Assembly (NCBI RefSeq): GCF_000143415.4
Contig: NW_003314261.1
Span: forward strand, 1,351,674 to 1,415,673
Source: Selaginella moellendorffii
Taxonomy: Eukaryota; Plantae; Lycopodiophyta
DNA length: 64,000 nucleotides
Reading direction: 5' to 3'
Part shown: piece after piece, positions 1 to 13,300 of the stretch
Layout: every line of letters starts with the position of its first letter
How positions within the stretch are numbered: position 1 is the stretch's first letter
Made by a program: the position numbers and the translations under genes
The notes under the pieces: generated by a model
The model's input: the letters and a program-made list of their open reading frames with translations, nothing else
Told to the model about the DNA's origin: nothing
Databases searched by the model: none

Positions 1-1591
1 CTCACCAGCAAATCCTCGAAACTTTTCTTGAAGGAATCCACCCCTTCGATCTCGAGGAGCGAGCCAACGTCGTCCCACCGGATCCCCAGCGCTTCGATCT
101 TGTCGTAAATCTTTTGGGCTCCATCCACGTCCGAGTCTAAAGTTCTCGCCAGCGTCCCGTGATCCACAAACGCCTCCAGTGCATTTCCAGGCATCGTGTT
201 CACCTGCGCGTGTCAAGACATGGATTTTTCTATCAGTGACAAAAGAGAAAGATCTAGTCGCTTTACCGTGTCAGGGCCGATCAAAGTGTCGATGTAAAGA
301 GTGTCGGAGTATGCCGGGTTTTTCACGCTCGTTGAAGCCCACAAGAGTCTCTGCTTCCTGGCTCCACGCTTTTTCAGTGCTTCCCAGCGAGGTCCCGAGA
401 ATTTCTTCTCGTAAAGTTGGAAAGCCAGAGCTGCCTGTGCAACGGCTGCCTGCATGAAGAACGCAAAGAGAGGAAGTCAGGAAAAGGAAAAACTTTGTCT
501 CGTCACCTTGCCACGCAGCTGGAGCGCCTCGTCGGTGCCAATCTCATTCAGCCTTTTATCAACGAGAGTGTCGACCCGGCTTACAAAGAAGGAAGCCACA
601 CTCGAGACGCCCGAGAGATCTCCTTCTCTAGCTTCGAGTCCATCGAGATATGCATCGATTACAGCTTCATATCTTGGGAGTGAGAATATAAGCTGTTACG
701 CAAAAAAAAGAAAAGAAGAGGAAATTAAAAAAAATTAAGTAGAGAATTAAGAAGCTTACGGTGACGTTAACACTGATGCCGAGGGAGATGGCGCTTCTGA
801 TTGAAGGAACACACTCAGCCGTCGCAGGAATCTTCACGTAGACATTGGGACGATTGACCTCCTTGTGCAGCCATTTTGCGGCGTTGAGCGTCTCGTCTGT
901 CTCATGCGCGAGTAAAGGTGACACTTCCACAGAGACGTATCCATCTTCGCCTTTGCTGGAGCTAAAAACACCAAGGAAAAGGTCGCAAGCATCCTGGATG
1001 TCTTTGATGACCATTTGCCAATAAGCATCCTCCACTTTGCTACCACCCTGTACCAGCTGCCTGAAAAAAACAAGAGTAGAAAAGCAAACACTAAGTCAAA
1101 GTTTCTACGAACCTGAACTGTGGATCATAAGCGTCGGAGGAGGAGATGGCTTTCTGGAAAATCTATCACAAGGAAGAAGAGAAGATTTGAGAAAGAAAAG
1201 ACGTTGTTCTCGACCACACTCACCGTGGGATTGCTCGTTACTCCTCGGACGCCACTGTCGATGAGTGGCTGGAGATCCGTGACAGGGCGCCTGAGATTGT
1301 CATACCATGGACTTTGCTGGTGTTTGCTATAGAGCTCGTGAAGAAGCGTAAGTTTCTCCACCTTGGAGGGCGTTTCTAGCACCATACATTGCACTCTAGT
1401 GAAAGCACAGTGTTACTTAGCACACACACACACACACACAAAGGAGAATACCTCAAACCCTGCGGATCACGGGTGTTCTTGAGCGGTATCACACATAATC
1501 TCTGTGTAGAGGAGCCACCGGCCGAGAACCTAGTAGCATCAGATCGCGAAAGACCTAGCGAGCTTAAGGATTGCGCCTTGAGTAACGCCAT
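1..1591 (-). CDS. Plastid-type transaldolase, multi-exon, 3' end runs off the window
   Basis: Exons encode [43 protein letters not shown] and [20 protein letters not shown]. The Ser/Arg-rich N-terminus [11 protein letters not shown] resembles a transit peptide. Confidence 0.93.
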
Positions 1592-2534
1592 GCCTGCCGG
1601 AACACAAGATTTACCAAGCTCGTGAGCGAAAGATTTTCACAAGAGAATCGATCGATGATCGCAACCTAGAACCACAAATGCAGCAGAGATCGCAGGGTTT
1701 TACCTGATATCGAGCGTGGACCGCGCGCTCGACCCTAGACGACTGCGATCGGGCACAAAGAGAGCTCGCCCCTAGCTCCTCGCGAGAAGCCTATTTACTT
1801 TGACACTTTGATGATAAGCTTGGATCCAACGGTGGCTTCGGGGCATCTCAACGGCCGAGATGAATTCAAAGTGGTCTTCTCTGACCAGTAGGCACGACTT
1901 CCACGTGGTAACATCCAACGGCTGACATTCAAACGGTAGCTGCTGACTTGGCAAAAATAAAGGCGCGACGCTTTACCGTGATCACATTAAAGAGGAGCTC
2001 TTTGGTTGAGAAAGAAGAGACATTGGAGGAAGGAAACGATGGTGCGATCGACAAGAACACGAAGCCGCGCGGCTGCCAGGGCGGCGCCGCCATCGCTGAT
2101 GCGCAGGAGGAGGCGACGACGCAGAGTAAGATCTTAGATCAATCAGGAAGTCATGACGAGAGATCTTTCTTCCTGCCCCAAATCCCCTAAAACCCTATTC
2201 CCTCGCTCGCAGCGCCGAAGAAGAAGAAGAAGACACGCCAAGCCTGCGTCAGGCGCTAGTGGATCCTCACGGAGTGACGAGTAAATCCATCGCTATCGAC
2301 TCGACCGCATCGATGATCTCATCCATAGCAAGCAAAAGAAAATTTCTTCCAATGTATCAATCCATCGCCAGGGAATAAAATAGCGAGCTCGCCTCGTCGT
2401 CTTTGCTTTTCCAGGGAAGAGTCCACCATCTTTATAAACACGTGGCCCGCTTTCATTGGACCATGCCCATCAACGGCTAATAGTCATCCATTCTTCTGTG
2501 AAGGGAGATTTTTAGGTTTTGTGTGGAGGACGAA

Positions 2535-3921
2535 ATGCCTGTGCCCGTCGTCGACAATGCGTACCTCAAGGCGATCGAATCCGCCAGGCGCGATCTCCGA
2601 GCTTTCATCGCCGAGAAGAATTGCGCGCCTCTGATGCTGCGATTGGCGTAAGTTTCCACTCTTGATTCCAGCTCCTCTTGATTTCTAGCTCTCTCAGATG
2701 GCACGATGCTGGCACTTACGATGCCGTGTCCAAGACTGGAGGACCGAATGGCTCGATCCGGAGCGAGCGGGAGTACACTCACGCTGCCAACAATGGGCTC
2801 AAAATTGCCATTGATTTCTGTGGTGAGTGCTACTTTTTGGAGATTATATGCTATAGAAACATTGTTTCGCAGAGCCTATCAAGGAGAAACACCCGACTAT
2901 CACTTACGCGGATCTCTACCAGGTGCATGGATTTTCTTTTTTCTTTTTGTGGTAATGGTCAATTTTAATTTTTCTCGCTTATCAGCTAGCTGGAGTTGTG
3001 GCTGTAGAGGTAACTGGAGGACCTACGATCGATTTTGTGCCTGGCCGAAAGGTTTCGTTTCTGTTTGAGCTCTTTTTGATCAGTAGAAAACATGAAACTT
3101 GTCCATAGGATTCCGTCGCTACTACACCAGAAGGACGACTTCCCGATGCTCATCTAGGTTTGTATCATTCATTCTATGTAGCTATGAGTTTACAAGCTCG
3201 GGATGGCTGTTTTTTTTTTTTCAGGGGCAAAACATATCCGTGACGTGTTCTTTAGAATGGGTCTTTCTGACAAAGATATCGTCGCCCTCTCGGGAGGCCA
3301 CACAATAGTAAGTCTCTCCTGTTTTATAGAACAATAAAAGTTTGTTTTTTCTTTTTCTTCTTTTTTTTCAGGGAAGAGGCCACAAGGAGAGATCCGGCTT
3401 TGAGGGACCATGGACACCACAGCCATTGAAGTTCGACAATTCGTACTTCAAGTAAGTCTCAGCTCTTTACTCTCTTTTTTTGGTGTCTTACGTATAGTCC
3501 GAACAAACACTAGAGAGCTCTTGAGAGGAGAATCAGAGGGCCTCTTGCAGCTGCCAACAGACAAGTGTTTGCTCGAGGATCCGTCCTTCCGTCCATACGT
3601 GGACTTGTATGCAAAGGTATCGTCAAAAAAACAAAAGCTTTTGGAAGTTTTCTGAGACTCACTCACTATGACGATACTGTGATGATCCAGGACGAGGACG
3701 CATTCTTCAAAGATTACGCCGAGTCTCACAAGAAACTCTCGGAGCTGGGATGCAAGCACACCTCTCCAGCGTTTGGAAACGCAAAGGCATCGCCAGCTGT
3801 GGATTCTCACGCGAGCACTGCGACAGTACTGGCTCACAGTGCGTTTGGCCTCGCGGTTTCAGCCATCGTCGTCGTTCTCAGCTACGCTTACGAGGTTCGC
3901 AGGAAGACTGCTCTCAAGTAG
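2535..3921 (+). CDS. APX3: Ascorbate peroxidase, peroxisomal membrane-anchored (APX3-like), multi-exon
   Basis: [90 protein letters not shown], then a C-terminal hydrophobic tail and basic YEVRRK. Confidence 0.93.
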
Positions 3922-4048
3922 AACGACGTAAACAATGAAGCAACGCTCGGCCAATCTGGGCCGTCGATCTAAGTTAACAAACCCGAGAATATGCTTTATT
4001 TGTAAAAAAGGGAATCTATCTGGGGTTTTCATTAGGGTTTATGCGGCA

Positions 4049-5632
4049 ATGGCTATGGCGCCCTCGCTGCGAATCGGCGGCCGCATTGCCTCGTCCTTCC
4101 TCGGCATCAACAGCTGCAATGGAGCAAGGAAGTGCGTGAGCAGCAACGGCAGCAGCAGATCAGGGCATTTGTTAGTGGTTTTTCGAGGTCAGTTCTCGGC
4201 CTCAGCACCTAGGAGGGCAAAGGGAAGCGCGGCGACGGAGTGGCACGACTCTGCGGATGCGTATTTCGGCGCCAAAGATTCAATTGGGAGTGTAGATAGT
4301 AGTTTGGCCGAAGGGGAGGATTTCGCGACGCATTCCAAGCGCAGCGCCAGGATTGCCGCGAGGCTATCAAAGAATTCCGAGGAGGCGACGGAAGAGCATG
4401 ACAGAAGAAACAGCCCAGCTAAGTTTGAGGATAGGGGGCTGAGCGTTCCTGCCAGGAAAAAGGACTCTTTTTCGATTCAGGAGGAAGAAAGCAATGTGGC
4501 TAGCAGTGATCCGGATGACGAATTCGAAGAAGCAGAGGATGAGCGAGAACGGAAAAGATTTTTGCCGACTGGAATGAGAAGACTCAAGCGAGGATATGGA
4601 AGAAACGACATGAGAGGGAACGATATGAGGAGATACTATGATCCAAGAGAGATCGACGAGAAACCATCGGAAGTTCCAGCACTCAGAGGCGAGGCACTGT
4701 ATGGGATTGGTCCCGTGAGAGCGGCACTCCAGGCGAGGAGAAGAGATCTATACGTGCTCTACATCCAGAATGGTCTCGACGAGAAACATCCCGGGAAGAG
4801 GAAAGCTCTGGCCGATGTGCTCTGGATCATGAAGGCCGCCAAGCGCTTGGAGCTCCGGGTAGAGACGACATCCAAGCACGCACTCAACGTTCTCGTCGAC
4901 AACAGGCCTCACCAAGGGATGGTTTTGGATGCGTCACCTTTGGAGATGGTTGATATCTCGGCTCTGGATCGTCCCGACGCTATGCTGGCGAGAGCTCCGG
5001 TCTGGGTTGCTCTCGACGAGGTGAAAGATCCTCAGAACTTCGGCGCCATCCTGAGGTCGTCACACTTCTTCGGGGTTTGCGGGGTGGTGGTGTGCTCCAA
5101 AAACTCGGCACCGCTGAGTGGAGTAGTGAGCAAAGCCAGCGCCGGGGCCTTGGAGATGATCGATCTCCTTTCCTGCAAGAACATGATGATGTTCTTGAGG
5201 GACTCGGCTGACAACGGGTGGAGAGTGATTGGAACTTCCAACAGCCCCGAGAGCGAAGTCTTGGGCGATCTTCCAAAGAACGTCCCGACAATTCTGGTGC
5301 TGGGAAACGAAGGAGTTGGGATCAGGCCCTTCGTCAAGGCGGCGTGCACACACATGATCCGGATCCCAGGCGCTCTTCCTTTCCGGAGGCCCAGGAAAGC
5401 TTCGAGAATCGAGGAGGAGGCGGCTGCTCAAGTGGAAGCGAGCAGTGGCAGCGAACTAGCACTGAAAGCCGCGGTTCGCTACGAGATGATGAAGCTCAAC
5501 TCGGAGGCGGATTGCGTTCTAAGGCCAGGAACCGTGGACAGTTTAAACGTGAGCGTTGCTGCTGGAGTTCTTCTTCACGAGCTCACGAATTTCTCGACAA
5601 AGTCACCATCGCCATTGAAGCTCCCGGCTTGA
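4049..5632 (+). CDS. SpoU/TrmH-family RNA 2'-O-methyltransferase (MRM1/RlmB-like), organellar, intronless
   Basis: HQGMVL, LDEVKDPQNFGAILRS, KASAGA, LVLGNEGVGIR and DSLNVSVAAGVLL motifs. Start placed at MAMAPSLR. Confidence 0.9.
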   Translation: MAMAPSLRIGGRIASSFLGINSCNGARKCVSSNGSSRSGHLLVVFRGQFSASAPRRAKGSAATEWHDSADAYFGAKDSIGSVDSSLAEGEDFATHSKRSARIAARLSKNSEEATEEHDRRNSPAKFEDRGLSVPARKKDSFSIQEEESNVASSDPDDEFEEAEDERERKRFLPTGMRRLKRGYGRNDMRGNDMRRYYDPREIDEKPSEVPALRGEALYGIGPVRAALQARRRDLYVLYIQNGLDEKHPGKRKALADVLWIMKAAKRLELRVETTSKHALNVLVDNRPHQGMVLDASPLEMVDISALDRPDAMLARAPVWVALDEVKDPQNFGAILRSSHFFGVCGVVVCSKNSAPLSGVVSKASAGALEMIDLLSCKNMMMFLRDSADNGWRVIGTSNSPESEVLGDLPKNVPTILVLGNEGVGIRPFVKAACTHMIRIPGALPFRRPRKASRIEEEAAAQVEASSGSELALKAAVRYEMMKLNSEADCVLRPGTVDSLNVSVAAGVLLHELTNFSTKSPSPLKLPA

Positions 5633-6181
5633 TAAAGTCCAAGACTCTGGTATGGACTTTTTCGCGATTCATCGTGAAAAATCTAAGTTTTCAAGTTCCT
5701 TGTTGAAATGTTCTTCGCGGGCAGCGATCGAGTGGCACAGCTGGTGGCCCGCGGTTGGGCCACGTAACGTGATTCACTGCAAAATCATTGTGTACTATGT
5801 TAGGGTGGGCGCTAGGGTTTGGGATTAGAGGCGTTAGGGTTCTTGAGAATGCGTCGCCGGATCTCTCTCGGCGCTGGATCGCTGCGCACCTGATCTGTGC
5901 GCATTTTTCCCTGAGCTGCCGCGCGATTGCAATCTCTGCGTCAATGACAGGGAAGGCAAGAAAACGACATTGCGCAAGCTGAAGCGAGCAGGATAAGTAC
6001 GAGGTATGGTTTTTATTCGTTTTCTGAGCTGATAGCTCTTACATTCCCTCGGATTGTCCAGGTATTGCCGGCTAGAAGTCCCAAAAAACGATTTTTTCTA
6101 CAAAGAATGCAGTGAATGCTGTCCCATTTGGCAGACTTTCTCAAGCTTGCATCCTCGTGGATTGCAAACTGCACGGCGTGT

Positions 6182-7042
6182 ATGGGGTGCGTAGGAACAA
6201 CCATTCTTTTGATTCGTCTTTCTTTTCTCGATCGAGATATACTAGTGATGTTTGTTCTTTGCAAACTTTTGCTGGATTTTGCAACAGAGCAGTGGCTGTG
6301 TTGGCGTCTTCAAAAAATCCCCGCCTGTAAGAAGTGTGGACAAATCGAGGAAGCACAAGGCGGCCAAGCGGGGGTCTCACGGGCATGGTCCGCCGCAGAA
6401 GGATTGGTGGTCATCCAGCTCGAATGATATGGATAACAATCTGACAAACTCCAGATCTTCGCAGAGGAGCACGTCGTCGATCAGTGGTGTCAATCACAGC
6501 TTGGATAGCATCAACGCCGCCAACAATGGTGGCTACATTAATAACGGTGGGTTCTTGTTTCTTCCGCCAAAGTTACTCTTTTCTTTCTCTCGAAGGGTCT
6601 AACTTTGCCTCAGGGAACAGCTTTAACTTTATGGACTGAGCAGCGAAGACTCTGGATTGGAGATCGTCAAAGAAACCGATCGCAAGACCCTCGTGAAGCG
6701 GCAGCGAGGTAAGCCAGAGCTGTGCTGTTCGTGAGCTTTGCTGAGATCATTCGTTCTCTTTTTTTTTTGTTTTTGGTTGTCTTTCTTGCAGCTGGCGCCC
6801 GACTTACGACGATCTTTTGTCAAACCATCGTCCGCAGGATTTGCTAGCGACGAATCGTCCATTCCCTCAGCCTATACCTCTACCCGTAAGTTTTTCTATT
6901 AAAGGCTTGGCTAGAAGTCTGGTAGCTTGTCAAAGTGTTGTTGGACATGAATCACGATCTCACTGGTGATTTTGGTGTGATCTTCCAGGACATGATCGAT
7001 TTCCTGGTGGATGTGTGGGAACAAGAGGGCCTCTACGACTGA
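6182..7042 (+). CDS. DUF4050 (Gag1-like clamp) family protein, multi-exon
   Basis: Spliced start MGGCVG, WWSSSSNDMDNN, YINNG and the typical C-terminus MIDFLVDVWEQEGLYD*. Confidence 0.78.
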
Positions 7043-7759
7043 TGGAGTTTTAGAGTTTCCATCCGAGCTTTCGCCTATCTACAAGATCACGTACACACAC
7101 ACACACACACACAGGATTGAGAGGAGCGAATTGAGTTTCTGGTTGTATCAACAGACTGGTTTTTTTTTTTTCTTACAGGAAACGAAAAAGAGAGAGAAAA
7201 TTCCCTCGGAATATTTCTTTCGTGTATTAAAGATGCCCGTTTAAGTTGGTGGTTAACTGATAGTAATGATAATCAAAACCTCTGGGCGAGCTGTCACTCT
7301 CTCTCCACAGAAAGGACCTTTCACTGACCGCTCCCTTTCGTCCACAGGACGACCTACCGATCCAACCACTAGGGAGCGATGGCGATCCACGTGGCGTTGT
7401 CTGGTTGGGCATGGCTTGCTACCCGACAGTGGTCTTTCACCGGAAGAGACTCACCGACACCGGTAAACCATCTTTCCGGCGGGTTTCATAGAGTAAGAAC
7501 TACGGTTTTATTCCATCTTTCCCTTTGGCTAGAAGGGAGGAGCGCCAGGGTTTCCTCGATCGATCGATTCGCAAATGCGGCTGCCAGGCGATGTTTGATG
7601 CGCTTCCAGCTCTCGACTGATCCAAGCGGCGCCTTGTGTGGAGGTATGGTTGTGTTCTTCCCGAAATATCTTCCTCCCGGGGTGATTCTAGAGCTCTGGC
7701 AGTGAATGCAGGCGAGCTAGAGGCAAGATTTGCGATCCGAGCCCTCGCGGAGTGCCAGG

Positions 7760-9976
7760 ATGTATCACAACATGTGGGGCGGGCCTCTGGAGGTCTTCCA
7801 GTTGGAGGGCCACGACGATGACCAGAGCCGGAGCATGGAATTGGATCGAGCGGCGCTCCAGAAGCTCGAGGAGACGCAGCAGAGCTGGCTGCTTGGAGCT
7901 GGAGAGAAGAAGAAGAAGCAGGTCGTGGATCTAGGCTGCATTGTTTGCAGTAGGAAGCTCTTCACGGGGATTGTCACGGCATTGGTCGCGGTTGGGCTTA
8001 TCATTGGGTTCACGGTGCTGATCGTCAAGACAGCGCCCAAGCATCGCCGCCACGCTCCTCCTCCGGATAACTACACGGTGGCGCTCCATAAGACTCTCAT
8101 GTTCTTCAATGCCCAAAAGTGTAAGCTCGCTCATAGCTCCTAGGTGGTAGCATTTCATTTCTCTTAGAACTCTTTCGCTAAGTTGGCCTTTCTTTTTTCT
8201 TTTCTTTGCAGCTGGGAAGCTCCCGAAGCACAACAACGTATCTTTTAGAGGCAATTCTGGCATGCAAGATGGGGTGGATCCTGGGATCCACGGTAACTTG
8301 ATCGGGGGCTACTACGACGCTGGTGACAACATCAAGTTTTTGTTCCCGCAGGCCTACACCATGACTCTTCTCAGCTGGAGTGTGATTGAGTACCGTGCCA
8401 AGTACGAGGCGGCCGGCGAGCTTGCGCATGTCACGGAGCTTATAAAATGGGGAATGGACTACATTCTCAAGACTTTCAACTCGACGGGGCTCCAGATTTA
8501 CAATGAAACCACCACTCACATCGACTACATCTACGCACAAGTACGTTGAAATTCTCGCATGTTTCTATGGTGATTGTGTCCTGATGAAGTTCTCCAAACT
8601 CTTTCTTTTATAAAGGTTGGTACTGGCACAACCGGAGGCGATGCCACAGCTACTGCCACTCCAAACGATCACTCTTGCTGGGAGCGACCAGAGGACATGG
8701 ATTATCCTCGCCCGGTTTCCCAGCTCGGCACGGGATCAGACTTGGCTGGTGAAATGGCCGCGGCACTTGCGGCCGCTTCCATAGTTTTCAAGGACAATGC
8801 ACCGTACTCCCAAAGGCTAGTCAATGGTGCAAGGGCACTCTTCAAGATGGCCAGGGAAAAAAGAGGTCGCTACAGTGCTGGTGGATCTGATGCAGCCCAG
8901 TTTTACAACTCGTCCGGATACTTTGACGAGTTTCTATGGGGTGGAGCTTGGTTATACTATGCTACAGGAAACTCGTCCTACCTACAGCTAGTCACAACAT
9001 ATGGTATTGGAAGGAACGCCGGAGCCTATGGAGGAGGTCCATACTACGGTGTTTTCGATTGGGATAACAAGCTTTTTGGTGCGCAGGTAATGTCGACCAA
9101 CGCTCTTTGCTCTCGTAGTAACTTACAGGTGTGTTACAGGTGCTCTTGACGAGACTGAGAATTCTACAAAGCCCTGGATATCCTTACGAAGAAGTGCTGA
9201 AGAATTTCCACAACCACACCAATCTTGTGATGTGCTCTTACCTCCCACTGTACAAGAGGTTTCCTAGAACACCAGGTAATGGTTTTTGCTTCTTGTGTTT
9301 TTATATATGCATATATAATACTGGCTTGCTCTGTTCCAGGCGGGTTGATCATTCTGAATCGTGGAAATCCCGCACCTCTTCAGTACACGGCCAATGCTGC
9401 GTTTCTCGCTGTGTTGTTCAGTGACTACATGATCGCTGGAGACGTTCCTGGATGGTATTGTGGCTCTCAGTTCTACACAGCAGACACAATGCGCAACTTT
9501 GCGAAATCCCAGGTTCGCCGCTTCCTCTCTTATGCTTCATATCTCTCACACGCCTTTGCCTTTCTCCACAGGTGGACTACATTCTGGGAAAGAACCCGCG
9601 GAAGATGAGCTACGTCGTGGGATACGGCAACAAGTATCCCAAGCAAGTACACCACCGAGCGGCATCCATCCCCAAGAACAAGCGAAAGTACGGGTGCCAG
9701 GAAGGCTGGAGATTTCGAGACAGCAAAAAGGCCAACCCAAACACCATCGTCGGCGCCATGGTTGGAGGGCCAGACACCAAGGATCGCTTCCACGACGTGA
9801 GAAGTAACTACAACTTCACGGAGCCAACGCTGGCCGGGAACGCTGGCCTCGCGTTCGCGCTGGTGGCACTGTCGGGAGGCGATTCATCGTCGGGGGTGGA
9901 CGCTTCGAACATCTTCTCGGCGATTCCACCGCAGTACCCGGCTCCTCCTCCGCCATCGCCTCCCTGGACTCCGTGA
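7760..9976 (+). CDS. Membrane-anchored endo-1,4-beta-glucanase, GH9A (KORRIGAN-like)
   Basis: N-terminus [21 protein letters not shown], a TM helix, [35 protein letters not shown] and a Pro-rich tail ending PWTP. Confidence 0.93.
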
Positions 9977-10089
9977 AGGCAAGTAGGAATAACAGCGCTC
10001 GAAGTCTTTGACGCTGATCTCGACGTGCCTCGATCTAGTGTAAAAGAACAAGGTTAAGTCAAGTGAGAAGCAGCACCTTATATAGGGAT

Positions 10090-10420
10090 CATTTGTAGTA
10101 CACCACCGCCATCTTTGTCGTCCCTTGGTTAGCAAAACCTTGAGCATGCTCTCCAAATGAGACCACTCCATGGGACAGCAGATGCCGCTGCTCTCCACAA
10201 GCCTGGCCTGCGAGAATCCCACCAGCATACCAACGTAGCCTCCACTCTGGGCCTCTGAGACGGCTACGTTGGTAAACAGAAGCTCCCCACGGTTGTCCAT
10301 GCCGCACACAGCTTCTCTGCATCCCTGCGCTGCAGCTTTGGCAGCTTCTGGCGAGCACTTGCGGTGCAGGAGCGGTATGTCCCCAACTCTAGTGTCGGAC
10401 ATCATGAGGAACGAGAACAT
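10090..10420 (-). pseudogene. Possible degenerate PPR fragment
   Basis: Translation ...YVGMLVGFSQARLVE... resembles PPR helices. No complete gene is visible and it abuts the AT-rich island. Confidence 0.3.
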
Positions 10421-12182
10421 CCCCCCGATGGAAGAAGGCCAGCGAGTAGAGCACGGGGATGCCCGCTTCCCTGATCGTCTTGCTGAGCTCCTCGTCCTAG
10501 CGATCGCACAGATCCCTCAGCTTGAGTACCACCGGCTTACTTTTCCCACTCGAACCACGCAGGATGAGGAAGAGCACCTCCACAAACTTAAACTTGGTGG
10601 TCACACTTTTTAGTTTTAACTTCCTATATATAAATAATAATATAAAAAAAAGTTATTGTATTTTATAGTTCTAATTTAAATTGTTCAACTGGTAGAAATT
10701 CAAATACTAAATCTTAAAAATCTGGATTATAATTTCTAATTAATACATATAAATATATTAGTATAGATACAGATTTAAGTTCATGCAAAATTTCTAGTAT
10801 AGTTTCTGAAATTTAATATAATATATTTCTGTGGTGGAATATAATGAATATTAAACAAATAACTTGCTTTTCCTAAATTTATTTTTCAATTGTGTGATAC
10901 AACTTTAACAGCTTTATTTACAAGATTCAATAATTTTTAATTGGTCATTTCTAAAGCCACTAAATGGTAGAAATATATTATTATGTTACTGTCCAACTGT
11001 AAAATTAAATTATATTCAGAAAAAAATATTTATAATCATCTAATAAGTAATATCACCAAAATATTTATTTCTTACATTATATATATTACTCTTCAAGATT
11101 ATTGTAATATTGTTATGTAAAATTAAAAAACTCTAAATTACTCATTTTAAAGTTCATGTAAGACTTTAAACTTAGAAATATTGACTATAATATAATTACT
11201 ATTGTCATGGATAGGTCAATTTAATTATTTCACATTTTCACATGGAAACTCCTTAATTCCTCTCACTTTCAAATAAACTCCCTTACAAAAAATTTTATTC
11301 CTCTTGATCACTAATTTAAGATATAAATTAGTCCATTTGTTCAAGAAGCTAGACAATGAATTTCTTTCAAAGCTTCTTCAACTTTATAATGATTGTAATT
11401 TTGGAATGGGCTCCTTTATCAATATACAGATTTATATGTATATGATGGTGAGGTATATTATCCAAACATGCTATGACATCCTTAGCAATGAAACTTTAGT
11501 GTCTCATTAAAATTGATTTAATAGCAATTTTAGTAGCCCTATATACATAAGTATGTTGAACAATTTGTTCATACTTATTATTTATATTAACAAATCAAGA
11601 TGCCTCAATATACTTTGTTCAGTCTTCTCCAACCTTTTCCTCTTGCTTGAGGGTTTTAGAAATTTATCTTTATGGATTTCTTTATTGATCTTCTACCTTC
11701 TCAAGATAAAAAGATATGATGTAGTTTATATATAAGTTTTATTATTTGCTCATGTTTAAATTTATATGAGTTTTTTGGTTTAAAAAAAAATGAACTGATA
11801 TGTGTTTTATATTATATAACAGTTTCTATAACAATTTCATTTACTTATTTAATAAAATGTTTATACTATAAGAGTTTAGTTTAGGTTATAATTGTTTTAT
11901 TATCCATCTAGAACCACCAGACCACCACCTTCAGTCCATTTCAAAACAATGAGAGTGTTATGCAATACTTAGCTTGTTGCCTTGAGTTAAAAATGTGATG
12001 AAGGATTTGGCCCGTCTCCTGGAAAATCACTTAATCTCTTGATGCTTAAAAAGGAGAGTTCTAGTTACACATAAAACACCTCACACTTGCAATATATATG
12101 AGCACTTAGTTAGAGCTTTGACTATTGTTCTGGTGTTGGAAAAAGAAGTTTAAATACAAATGGCAGTCGGGGTGTACCATGG

Positions 12183-12515
12183 TTGCTGGCTTTCTTTGGA
12201 ATGCCTGGCAGGAGAAGTTTCTCGATTGCTGCTGAGTGTTGCGGGGATGCACCAGCCATCTACCTTGTCTCCTGCACAAAGAGAGGAACTTCTCTCCTAA
12301 ACCTCTGCTGCATGGCGGACTTGTTGGCCAGGGCCGGATACGCGCAAGAGCTGGTGAGGGTCATGCCGAATTGTGCTACCACGGTGGAGTGGCTTTGCTT
12401 GCTGTGTGCTTGTAACAGCCGCGGGAGTCTCAAGCACGCCGCCGTGGAAATCAAGTCAGTACTGGAGCAAAACTTTGGATCCGCGTTTGTGGCATTGGCA
12501 AGCAAAACGAAATGA
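12183..12515 (+). pseudogene. PLS/E-domain PPR gene fragment
   Basis: CCMADLLARAGYAQELVRVMP..VEWLCLLCAC..GSAFVALAS matches the last PPR repeat plus E domain, with deletions. Confidence 0.6.
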
Positions 12516-12524
12516 TCACCTCGT

Positions 12525-12529
12525 GCGGG

Positions 12530-12570
<41 letters not shown>

Positions 12571-12597
12571 CCGTGTGTTCGATTTGCGCTCCTTTTT
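12525..12597 (+). tRNA. tRNA-Phe(GAA) pseudogene
   Basis: GCGGGGATAGCTCAGTTGGGAGAGCGTCAGACTGAAGATCTGAAGG matches plant cytosolic tRNA-Phe. The 3' part (ccgtgtgttcgatttgcgctcctttt) has a damaged T-stem and no complementary 3' acceptor strand. Confidence 0.75.
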
Positions 12598-12769
12598 CCA
12601 TCTTTCTAAGAATGTAATACGCATAGAGTTCCGAAGACAATATGTGGTTAAATAGACTGCGACCATTCTCCTCCAACTAGAAGAATCAATCACCTTTTTC
12701 GTTGAATAAAATCCAACACTTGCAAATATCATCCAAGTTTGCAAAGAAAAAGAGAAAGATAAGTCTAGA

Positions 12770-13300
12770 GCTTCACTTCTCAGATTGTTCCCAGCAAACA
12801 TGTAGCCTACAAACACAAGAGCCGCCAGAAAAGCCATCAAATCCCCCAGGAAAGTGATGCCTTTGTCACCATCGGGCTTGCTAGCAAATGCGATGATCAA
12901 AACCCCACCTCCTTTGCTCAGGGGGCCAGGATAGAACAGCGATGATGAGCGGAGGCATCGAAACAAAGAGGAGGCTATGCGGAAGGAATGTGTGATCCAG
13001 TGACACATACCTGGATATCGATCGAAACAAAACATAGGCCGAAATGCAAGGCTACTGCAAGAGCACAGATTGCAAGCACGCAAAGAGGTCGCTAACAAAC
13101 ATGCATCGCTTCTGGGGAGAGAGGCACCACCAGTCCCAAATGAATCCAGGCAGAAGGATCATTGCCGTGACTTGCAATCTCCATGCTGCAGCGCAGTTTG
13201 GTCACCTAGATCGCATGATCAAGAGAAAAGTTTTCAGTGAATCAAAGCGCAGACCAGCACCAGCCACACGCACCATGGTGTCCGGGCAGCCATGGCTGGT
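12770..13300 (-). pseudogene. EamA/DMT-family transporter fragment
   Basis: AAAWRLQVTAMILLPGFIW and GITFLGDLMAFLAALVFVGYMFAGNNLRS are typical EamA TM segments, broken by a stop and frameshifts. Confidence 0.55.

Noticed and set aside
10610-11910. Helitron as the source of the AT-rich tract
   Set aside because: I could not identify an A|TC start or a hairpin plus CTAG|T end.
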